Shown one piece after another: positions 7,464 through 15,932 of a stretch of DNA of 64,000 nucleotides (the first letter of the stretch is position 1; each line of letters begins with the position of its first letter). The notes below the pieces were generated by a model. That model did no database searches, was not told where the DNA came from, and worked only from the letters and a program-made list of their open reading frames with translations. The stretch comes from a virus. The translations under genes and the position numbers were made by a program. The DNA is taken from positions 1 to 64,000 of IMG/VR virus record IMGVR_UViG_3300042924_003416, one strand, 5' to 3'.

Positions 7464-9842
7464 ATGGCCGGAGTTCCTAGATATAATATTATACCATGTT
7501 GTCCTGAGTCAGGTACTCAAATAACAAACTTTCATATACCTGATGGTCCAGTACCCAATGGTGTATATGTATACAATGGAACAAATACTGTTATTAATGG
7601 TGTATCATTTGAAAATGGTCAGTGTTATACAATACAAGGAGCTGGTACTAATTTTGTTTCCTATCCTGAAGCACCAAGTTATAATGATTTTACACTTGTT
7701 TCTAATTGTTCTGATGAACAATGTATTGCATGTGAACCACTGTTTGACCGTGAAATAATAAGATTCACAAGCTGTTGTGATGATACTGAGTTCTTAGAAT
7801 TTATATATGATGGTACAACAGATTATGGTACACTTGTAAAACCTACTACATTATTTCCAGGCTTTTCAGATAGTTGTTATATAGTAAATACTTATTTAGG
7901 TTCAAATTGGGTTGGTTTAGGACCTGCCCCTTCTTTAGCTTATTTTACAGTAATTACAACAGATCCTGAAGCAAAGTGTACAGATCCTGAATACCAAGAA
8001 ATATGTGACTGTCAACCAAAGTGTTATACACTAGTTAATTGTGATGGTATATCATTTCCTAGTACAAATCCATTTTTAGAAACTCAAGCTACTGTAGGTG
8101 ACTATGTAGTAATTTCTATAGATGGTGAATTATCAACCTGGTTACTACTAGAAAATACAGGACCTTGTAATAATCCTTTTAATGACTTTGGTATTTCTGA
8201 TACTCCTCCAACACCTTGTCCTTGTTTATGTTACGAGATTGTTGGTACTTTAAAATCATTATTATATGTTAATTGTGATAATGAAGTAGTTAAGGATTCT
8301 ACAATAAAAAAGTTTTGTTCAAGAATCTATCCTATTTTTTCTGGTACACCTGGTCAATTTCAAATAATTCAAGGTGAAGAATGTATAGACGGTTTATGTC
8401 CTACTGTTTGTTATAAACTTACAAACTGTGACACAGAAGAAGTTATATATTCTACTCTTCAGACTTTATCTCAATATGTAAATACAAATTCTGTAGTTTC
8501 ATTATTAGGATATGAAGGTTGTTGGAATGTAGATGAAAGTACATCAACAGATTGTGATTGTATTACTGTAACTATAGAAGATAGATCTGGAGTAACTGAA
8601 TATACAGCAACTACTGTAGGGACTTATAATGGTTGGGGCACATGGAAATTTACAATTGGTACAGATGAATTTTTTATTTGGAATAATGATATAAATCCTA
8701 ATTCAGAATGGTTAATTTCAATTAATGACTGTTGTGGAAATCCAGGTCAGACTTATGCAGAAAGTAAAGTTAACAGTGATTGTCCAGAATCAATTAGTGA
8801 TGGTAGTCCAACAGGTTGGGTAATTCAAGAAGGAGTTCCATGGATAAATGTTCAAACTGAAAAATGTCCGGGTCCTTGTGAATGTCCTGTAGATATTACT
8901 ATACTTCAAGAGTTTACTTCTTGTGAGACTTGTGAACCATATGTAGCTTATAAACTTCAGAATTGTGAAAAGATATATGAAGTACAATATACTACTCAAG
9001 ATTTATCAGCATATGTAAATCAAGTTGTAGAAACTGATTGTGGATGTTTTACTGTACAACAAATTAATTATGTACCACCATCTGAAACATTAGTTATAAT
9101 TGATAATACTTTTAAAACATGTAATAACTGTTTATCTACATTTTATTTACTGACAGATTGTGCTGGTGAAGTTGGTGATATAGTAACTACAACAGATTTA
9201 TCTGACTATGTAGGGGGTGTTATTAAAATAGAGAATTGTGATACATGTTGGGAAGTAACTACAACTAGAACATTTACTGAGTTATCTAATGTTGTAGTAG
9301 TTAATTCTTATGAAGGTTGCCCAGAATGTGGTATTGATTTACCATGTGTATGTTCTAAAATAACTAATCTTACATTAACTGAACAAACAGTTGAATACAT
9401 TGATTGTGAAGATGAAACACAAGAAATAACATTGGAGGTAGGAGAAACATCTGAAAAAATTTGTTTAAAAAAATGGATATTTCCTAATTTACCTGATGGT
9501 CAGTTTCTCTACCCAGAATACTTTGGTAATTGTCAAAATGGAGTATGTCCACAACCTGTATTTAAAAATAACAGAACTGTAAGACCTGGCTACAATACTC
9601 CTGTATGTACACCTAATAAGTATGATGAGATAACATGTAGGTTTGCAGATATAATGTATAAAGTAGTTCTTGAAAAAAGATACGGTATAACTAACTGTTG
9701 TCCTGATGAAGATGACAAATGGTTAGTACAAAAAGAGTTAATAGATTTACAAGCTTTAAAAGATCCAAACTATAATTGTCCAAGTTGCCCATGCCCTTGT
9801 AATTCAGGAAAAACATGTTCTACTTGCAATTGTAAAAAATAA
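7464..9842 (+). CDS. Cys-rich repeat structural protein, 792 aa (putative fibre or hub extension)
   Basis: Roughly 65-aa repeats of the form Y-x-L-x-x-C...L-S-x-Y-V...C-[WFY]-x-V...C-x-x-C; located in the structural operon. Confidence 0.6.
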   Translation: MAGVPRYNIIPCCPESGTQITNFHIPDGPVPNGVYVYNGTNTVINGVSFENGQCYTIQGAGTNFVSYPEAPSYNDFTLVSNCSDEQCIACEPLFDREIIRFTSCCDDTEFLEFIYDGTTDYGTLVKPTTLFPGFSDSCYIVNTYLGSNWVGLGPAPSLAYFTVITTDPEAKCTDPEYQEICDCQPKCYTLVNCDGISFPSTNPFLETQATVGDYVVISIDGELSTWLLLENTGPCNNPFNDFGISDTPPTPCPCLCYEIVGTLKSLLYVNCDNEVVKDSTIKKFCSRIYPIFSGTPGQFQIIQGEECIDGLCPTVCYKLTNCDTEEVIYSTLQTLSQYVNTNSVVSLLGYEGCWNVDESTSTDCDCITVTIEDRSGVTEYTATTVGTYNGWGTWKFTIGTDEFFIWNNDINPNSEWLISINDCCGNPGQTYAESKVNSDCPESISDGSPTGWVIQEGVPWINVQTEKCPGPCECPVDITILQEFTSCETCEPYVAYKLQNCEKIYEVQYTTQDLSAYVNQVVETDCGCFTVQQINYVPPSETLVIIDNTFKTCNNCLSTFYLLTDCAGEVGDIVTTTDLSDYVGGVIKIENCDTCWEVTTTRTFTELSNVVVVNSYEGCPECGIDLPCVCSKITNLTLTEQTVEYIDCEDETQEITLEVGETSEKICLKKWIFPNLPDGQFLYPEYFGNCQNGVCPQPVFKNNRTVRPGYNTPVCTPNKYDEITCRFADIMYKVVLEKRYGITNCCPDEDDKWLVQKELIDLQALKDPNYNCPSCPCPCNSGKTCSTCNCKK

Positions 9843-9858
9843 TTTGTATATTATAATA
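9824..9858 (+). promoter_or_regulatory. Putative promoter (TTGCAA-17 nt-TATATT; TTTGTATATTATAATA)
   Basis: Shared GTATATTA motif upstream of a gene start. Confidence 0.5.
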
Positions 9859-9868
9859 AGATAAAAAT

Positions 9869-12103
9869 ATGAAGCCTTTAAATTTAGATAACAGACCTTG
9901 TTCACCAATATCATCTAATTGTGTGGTATGGCAAGGACCTACATTAGATTGTATTGGATTATGCAATGGAGATACTATATCTGATGTAGTAGCTAAAATG
10001 GCAACAGAGCTTTGTACTTTGTTAGATCAAACTAATGTAACAAACTATGATCTTACATGTCTTGGAATAACAGCTTGTGGTCCAAAAGATTTTCAAGCTC
10101 TTATTCAATTACTTATAGATAGAATTTGTGAATTAAATAATGTTGAATCTCCAGGTCAGTTACTAAGTGCATCAGCATGTCCTGATTGTGTTGTATCAGT
10201 TGCTCCATGTTTTGTAGAAAATGGTCAAACTACAATGCAGTTAATTGATTATGTACAAATGATTGCAAATAAAATTTGTAGTTTAATTGAGGCAATTGAT
10301 AATTTACAAACTCAAATAAATAATTTAGATATTAGAGTAACTGTATTGGAGAATACACCTCCTCCAACTTTTACATTACCTAGTATAGATACAGGATGTT
10401 TACAAAGTTATATTTCTGGAATACCAGAATCAGCAACAATTGATATTGTTTTAAACACATTGCTCAATGATCCAATAATAGGTTACTGTGCATTAGTTGG
10501 TTCTACTGGTTTACCTGCAGATTTAGTTTCTGCTGTAGCAGGTGCATGTATAACATCTTCAACTATAACATTAACAGATCCACCAAATCCATTTGGAACT
10601 GTATATGCTAGTTGGGTTGATTCCCCTGCAACAGTAGCTGATACTATTACAAACTTATGGATTGCATTATGTGACATATATAACTTTGTATCTACTTTAA
10701 CTCCTGGACCTAGTTTAACAATTGAAGAACCATGTCCATGCAATGAAGGTATAGCAAATGATGCTGACATATATGTTCATATTGATATTTCTTCAGGTCC
10801 TTATTCTGAAGATACATGTCCCGGTAGTTTTCTTGCAAATAAAGAAGTTTTATGTACAGCAGTTTATAACTGGTATACAAATTATCAAACAGCAAATCCA
10901 AGTTATACTGGTAATTTATATATTTTTGAAATTTCACTTCCTGAGACATATTTAAAATTTCCAAGAATAATTAAAAATGGTAATTTATCAGCTATAACTA
11001 CACCTGTTGGATTTAATTGGTTAAATCCTTTAACAGCAACTACTGTTGGAGCTGTAGTTCCACCTAATTGGAATACTCTAAGTTGGGCACCACCTACTAG
11101 TATTTTATTTATATCATTTGTAAATGAAGCAAATAATGGATCAGTAGCTGCTCAAACTTACCATGGACAAAATAATCCACCTTCACTAACTTTAAATCAA
11201 TTGCAACCAACATCAGGGTGGACAACAGATCATGCTGAATTTGTATTTGATTATAATAATCATTGGGACTTTTTTAGAGGTGTAATATATCCAGCTAATA
11301 GTTTTGATAACACATCAAGAAATTTTTTATTACATGCATATGCAGCAACAACAAATGGCCCAATAACTTCAAGTGGTTTATCTACAGCACTGGGTTCAAA
11401 TTTTGATGCTACTTTTAGTGGAATGACATATCCTATTAGTAATGTATATGTAACAGCAAATAAAGGACTATGGAATTATAATTGGACTCCTGTACTTAAT
11501 AAAACAACAACTGGAGGAGGTTGTATCATTGAGTTTACAGAAGAAGAATTTGCAACTGACTTAGATAACATATTAGGAAGTGGACCTTGTGATTGTGCAT
11601 CATTAATAAATTCATGGAACCCTACTACACAAACATTAGCACTAAATTCATTAACGTCATGTTCATTAGATATAAGTGTGAGTGAAAATGGATGTATTAG
11701 TATTGAACTACCTCCTGAACCATTAATGTTAAGAACTCAAGAGATTACTCAAGTTTGTCCATTATATGTAGAAATTATTAGATCAGATAATAATAACTAT
11801 TTTGAGGCAAGTGTAACAGGTGGAATAGAACCTTATACTTATAATTGGTCTTTTGCTAGTTCAATAAAAAATGATGTTGGAGAATTAATAAGTCAGGCAC
11901 CAAATAATTCTATGTTACTATTGGAACCTATAGTTGATTTTCCTGAAAGAATATCTTATACAATTAACGATGCACTATGGACTCTTTCTATAAATAATTC
12001 AATAGACACTTCTGTAGGAGGTTTATTAAAATTAGTTGTAACTGATGCAAATGGTTGTAAAGCAAAAGATGTTCATTTCATATGGGATAAAATTATTCCA
12101 TAG
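9869..12103 (+). CDS. Putative fibre/adhesin, 744 aa: Cys-rich N-domain, coiled coil, globular insert, C-terminal SprB/PKD-like repeat
   Basis: Heptad stretch IDNLQTQINNLDIRVTVLE; ASVTGGIEPYTYNW...LVVTDANGC matches the SprB-type repeat pattern. Confidence 0.6.
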   Translation: MKPLNLDNRPCSPISSNCVVWQGPTLDCIGLCNGDTISDVVAKMATELCTLLDQTNVTNYDLTCLGITACGPKDFQALIQLLIDRICELNNVESPGQLLSASACPDCVVSVAPCFVENGQTTMQLIDYVQMIANKICSLIEAIDNLQTQINNLDIRVTVLENTPPPTFTLPSIDTGCLQSYISGIPESATIDIVLNTLLNDPIIGYCALVGSTGLPADLVSAVAGACITSSTITLTDPPNPFGTVYASWVDSPATVADTITNLWIALCDIYNFVSTLTPGPSLTIEEPCPCNEGIANDADIYVHIDISSGPYSEDTCPGSFLANKEVLCTAVYNWYTNYQTANPSYTGNLYIFEISLPETYLKFPRIIKNGNLSAITTPVGFNWLNPLTATTVGAVVPPNWNTLSWAPPTSILFISFVNEANNGSVAAQTYHGQNNPPSLTLNQLQPTSGWTTDHAEFVFDYNNHWDFFRGVIYPANSFDNTSRNFLLHAYAATTNGPITSSGLSTALGSNFDATFSGMTYPISNVYVTANKGLWNYNWTPVLNKTTTGGGCIIEFTEEEFATDLDNILGSGPCDCASLINSWNPTTQTLALNSLTSCSLDISVSENGCISIELPPEPLMLRTQEITQVCPLYVEIIRSDNNNYFEASVTGGIEPYTYNWSFASSIKNDVGELISQAPNNSMLLLEPIVDFPERISYTINDALWTLSINNSIDTSVGGLLKLVVTDANGCKAKDVHFIWDKIIP

Positions 12104-12145
12104 TAAATAATAATTGTATATATGTTTAATTTAAAATAAAAAAAA

Positions 12146-13531
12146 ATGGCAACTCACACATGTAATCAAAACTGCGGCTGTACAAATAGTTACACTGTAA
12201 CTGCACCTTGTCCACCTGCATGTTCAGAAGTATTTAATGCATCTTGTATTGTATATACAGGTACCGATATAACTTGTAATACAGATACAGTAATTAAAAG
12301 ATATGACTACTTAGATACAGTAATTACTAAATTAGTAAACTATATCTGTAATACTGTAGCTCCTGTTACTCAAGTTGTAGGATCAACTTATATTGATGTT
12401 GTACCTAATACAATAGGTAATGTTACTACTTTTACAGTATCTGTTGATATTGCTCAATTAGATGTTTACTTTGCTAATGCATTTCAAAATGATCTTTTTG
12501 CATCAATATTAGCAGGACCTGGAATTGCAGTAGCTACAAATGCTATTACAGGAACAGTAACAATATCTCATCAAGATACATCTGCTGTAAATAACTTAAA
12601 TAGTGATAATTCTGGTAATACTTTTATTCAAGATATTGCTTTTTCATTTGATACATTTGGTCATGTTACTGGTGCTTCTGTAGTAGCAGTTAGTGTTACT
12701 CCCCCGAATGATTATCTAAATGTTCAGATATTTCCAGATTCTCCATCATATGTATGGGGTACTGACAATAATTCAACAGATATTCAAACTGCACAAGGTC
12801 CTGCTGATACACTAAATGTTGTAGCAGGAACAGGTATTGTTCTTAATGCAAGTACTGTATCTGGTACAGAAGCAATTAGAATTACTAATGATGCTCCTGA
12901 TCAAACTGTAGTTTTAAATGAAGGAGCTGGTATTGATGTTACTGGTACATATCCTAACTTTACAATTGCAAATACTGATCCGGGTTCTGCTGTTACATTG
13001 ACATCAGCAGGTGTTGCTACAGAATCATTAGTTAATGATGGAGTTGGTCCAGCTTTGGCAACTAAAGGATTAAAAGCTAATACAGGTATTTCATTAGTAT
13101 CAACAGCTACTGATATTTCAATTACAAATACAGCACCTAACATTGTACAAAATGTATTTACTACATTTACTGCTACAACAGGAAGTACTACAGCAAATAC
13201 ATCTACAGACACACTAACAGTAGTTGGAGCCGGAGGTATTACTACTTCTATTGCAGGAGATACATTAACTATCACTGGTTCTGGTGGAGGTGGTGTTGGA
13301 AAGTATATTGAGACAACACCTACAATTAGTGGTGGAGGTAGTATTGGTATTAATCATGCTTTAAACACACCACATGTAATTTTATCGGTGACATTAGTTA
13401 GTAGTGGATTTGCAATAAATCCAGGAGTAGATTATAATTGGGTAGTTGTTGATAATGATAATATTACTATAAATGATTTTCCAACTGGATCATGGAGTGG
13501 TGAACCAGTACGTGTTACAGTTATTGGATAA
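12146..13531 (+). CDS. Putative tail/capsid fibre protein, 461 aa
   Basis: T/V/G-rich with repeated AGxGI beta-spiral-like motifs and a C-terminal INHALNT domain. Its N-domain is homologous to that of the previous gene. Confidence 0.65.
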   Translation: MATHTCNQNCGCTNSYTVTAPCPPACSEVFNASCIVYTGTDITCNTDTVIKRYDYLDTVITKLVNYICNTVAPVTQVVGSTYIDVVPNTIGNVTTFTVSVDIAQLDVYFANAFQNDLFASILAGPGIAVATNAITGTVTISHQDTSAVNNLNSDNSGNTFIQDIAFSFDTFGHVTGASVVAVSVTPPNDYLNVQIFPDSPSYVWGTDNNSTDIQTAQGPADTLNVVAGTGIVLNASTVSGTEAIRITNDAPDQTVVLNEGAGIDVTGTYPNFTIANTDPGSAVTLTSAGVATESLVNDGVGPALATKGLKANTGISLVSTATDISITNTAPNIVQNVFTTFTATTGSTTANTSTDTLTVVGAGGITTSIAGDTLTITGSGGGGVGKYIETTPTISGGGSIGINHALNTPHVILSVTLVSSGFAINPGVDYNWVVVDNDNITINDFPTGSWSGEPVRVTVIG

Positions 13532-13537
13532 AAAGAA

Positions 13538-13562
13538 GTTACAGGTTGTTGGTTTCTGTGAC
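13538..13562 (+). other. RNA hairpin with UUGUUGGUU loop in 3' UTR
   Basis: GTTACAG(G)/(T)CTGTGAC stem with G-U pairs, directly upstream of the terminator. Confidence 0.45.
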
Positions 13563-13572
13563 AACAAGGCAT

Positions 13573-13603
13573 AACCCTCACACTTGTGGGGGTTTTGTTT
13601 TTT
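13573..13603 (+). terminator. Rho-independent terminator
   Basis: AACCCTCAC-ACTT-GTGGGGGTT followed by TTGTTTTTT. Confidence 0.8.
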
Positions 13604-13611
13604 AATTACAT

Positions 13612-13643
13612 TTGTTAATGTCATTTATTTTTAGTATATTAAT
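13612..13643 (+). promoter_or_regulatory. Putative promoter (TTGTTA-17 nt-TATATT) abutting the ATG
   Basis: TTTAGTATATTAAT motif lies immediately after a terminator. Confidence 0.55.
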
Positions 13644-14225
13644 ATGAAGGAATTTAAAAAACCTGATGTAAAAGCTTCTAGGTATAGACCAGAAGTTAGC
13701 ACTATTTTGAACAAAGAGTTCTTTGATAATTTTAAAAAAACACATCCTAGATATAAGGATATTGATAATAAAATACTTAGAAAGATAATTAAAAGATTTA
13801 ATCAAGTATTATATCAAACAGTTATTGATACTAGAGATGGTGTTCAGTTACCAGAACAAATAGGTTGGCTATTTATAGGAACATGTCAAAGAAGCAAAAA
13901 AGATAATGTTGACTATGCTAAGTCTAATAAATATGGTGTTACTGTAACTAATAACAATTGGGAAACTGATGGTAAGTTAGCTAAAATATTCTTTAGTAAC
14001 TATGCACCAAAACACAAAATTAAGAATAGAGAATTTTGGGGTTTTACTGCATCTAGAGAATTTAAAAGAACCGTTGCAAAACTATATCCAGAAAATTGGA
14101 ATATGTATGTTCAAGTGTTACCCGGATCAAAAATTGATAAAGTATATAATAGTGCTATGTACAAAGACTACTTAAACAGAGTAAATAAAGTTGCTTTAAA
14201 AAGCTATAATGAATTTGACATATGA
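13644..14225 (+). CDS. IHF/HU-like DNA-binding protein (crAss IHF-like)
   Basis: IIKRFNQVLYQTVI..DGVQLPEQIGWLFI and FTASREFKRTV follow the HU/IHF pattern; the position before tail genes is typical of crAss-like phages. Confidence 0.6.
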   Translation: MKEFKKPDVKASRYRPEVSTILNKEFFDNFKKTHPRYKDIDNKILRKIIKRFNQVLYQTVIDTRDGVQLPEQIGWLFIGTCQRSKKDNVDYAKSNKYGVTVTNNNWETDGKLAKIFFSNYAPKHKIKNREFWGFTASREFKRTVAKLYPENWNMYVQVLPGSKIDKVYNSAMYKDYLNRVNKVALKSYNEFDI

Positions 14226-14884
14226 CAACAATTGGTGAAGCAATATCAAGAGTAAGGAATACCCTTAAAGCTGTTAAGGAGGATCCTTTTCTTACAGATA
14301 GGACTATATACTATTCTTTAACAAAGTATGGTCAAACTCTTCTTAAGAGAGAAGACAATCAATTTAGATTGATGAAGATAAGTTCTATTTTTAAAGTGCT
14401 TCCGTATGTTGAACTTATTGATGTAGATAAAGTAGAGGCTGGTTGTATTGGTGTATATTCAGGATGTTACTTTAAAAGATCTAAAGATAAACTACCAACT
14501 ATATTTGATGGAGCTATGGGACCTATCATACGTACAGTATCTTCTATAGATGGTGGTATAGAAATGTTTAGGACAGATCCTGGTACTTGGGTTTCTATAA
14601 CTAAGTCGACAACATTTAAGTATAATAAGAGACCTTACTTCTGGTATCTTAATGGTTACTTATATTGTCCTAATATAGATTGGGATGCAATTAGAGTAGA
14701 AGCTGTTTTTGAAGGTGCTATAGAATCTTGTGATACTGATGCATGTCAAATAAGACAAGATGATCCTTTACCTTTTCCAGAATATTTATTTTCTGAAATA
14801 GAGCAATTTGTAGTAAAAGAATTAACCATGGCTATGCAGGTACCAACTGATGGACCTGATGATAGTCAAAATGCACTTAGATAA
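14222..14884 (+). CDS. Putative tail ring protein, 220 aa
   Basis: ATGA overlap with the previous gene; CYFKRSKDKLP, YFWYLNGYLY and VEAVFE patterns of crAss-like ring proteins; synteny. Confidence 0.55.
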   Translation: MTTIGEAISRVRNTLKAVKEDPFLTDRTIYYSLTKYGQTLLKREDNQFRLMKISSIFKVLPYVELIDVDKVEAGCIGVYSGCYFKRSKDKLPTIFDGAMGPIIRTVSSIDGGIEMFRTDPGTWVSITKSTTFKYNKRPYFWYLNGYLYCPNIDWDAIRVEAVFEGAIESCDTDACQIRQDDPLPFPEYLFSEIEQFVVKELTMAMQVPTDGPDDSQNALR

Positions 14885-15930
14885 TGGACTTTAATTACAC
14901 ACTAAAATATAGAACATTTGACCAGTTGCTGGAAGATGTTACTATTGACTTAAATACATTTGCTCTTGAAAATATGATTGAGCCTCAACAGTTAATTAAA
15001 GTAACTCGTAAGGTTAACTATCAATTAGGATTGAGAATAAATCAAACTAAAGAAGTTGTGTTAGATGTTTGTCACCATAAGGTAAAACTTCCTGATGACT
15101 TTTATACATTTAACTTTGCAATGATATGTGGAGAGTTTAAAGAAGTTGTTGGTTATGATGGTATGGCCGGAGGAACTAATATTCAAGAAGTACCATATAG
15201 AGAAGCACCAAGTACTGTTAATACATGTGCTCCTGAAACAGTAAACTGTAGAACATGTAATTCAAATCCATGTAATCATACAGCAGCCTGTGAACTTAAT
15301 CACCCTATAACAGATCCTATACCCACTGCATATGATCCTAATAATCCTTACGGTAATACATGTATTGCTCCAAGAGTATTCATGAACTGCAAGGGTGAAA
15401 AATGGGAACTAATACAAGTCATTAATCCTAGTCTTACAAGAGTTTCTACTTATCTTAAACCGTTAAGAATGAAAGCAAGTCAAGAGATTGAATGTGACTG
15501 TCCAAATCTTTATCATAACACAGCTGATGAAGGATGGATTAAAAACGGATTTTTAAATACAACATTTGAAAGTGGTAAAGTATATTTAAATTATCAAGGT
15601 GACTTGTCTGATGATAACGGTAACTTAATGGTTCCTGATCATGAACTTTTAAATGAGTATTATGAATATGCATTAAAACAAAGAATCTTTGAAAATTTAT
15701 TTATAAATGGTGAAGATGTTTCACAAAGAATGCAGTTAATTGAAGCAAGACTTAAAGAGGCAAGAACTAATGCACTTAGTTTAGTTAATACACCAAACTT
15801 TAAAGAGATGGAACAAATTTGGTGGACTAATAGAAAAGCTATGTATGGTAAGTACTATTACATGTTTATGAGTCATTCTCCAAATAATCCTTACTTAAGA
15901 AGATATTCTTCAAACAATAGAATTATCTAG
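14884..15930 (+). CDS. Putative tail tubular / ring-1 protein, 348 aa, with Cys-rich insert
   Basis: VKLPDDF, FESGKVYLNY and DDNGNLMVPDH patterns; lies directly before the muzzle gene as in crAss-like phages. Confidence 0.65.
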   Translation: MDFNYTLKYRTFDQLLEDVTIDLNTFALENMIEPQQLIKVTRKVNYQLGLRINQTKEVVLDVCHHKVKLPDDFYTFNFAMICGEFKEVVGYDGMAGGTNIQEVPYREAPSTVNTCAPETVNCRTCNSNPCNHTAACELNHPITDPIPTAYDPNNPYGNTCIAPRVFMNCKGEKWELIQVINPSLTRVSTYLKPLRMKASQEIECDCPNLYHNTADEGWIKNGFLNTTFESGKVYLNYQGDLSDDNGNLMVPDHELLNEYYEYALKQRIFENLFINGEDVSQRMQLIEARLKEARTNALSLVNTPNFKEMEQIWWTNRKAMYGKYYYMFMSHSPNNPYLRRYSSNNRII

Positions 15931-15932
15931 TT

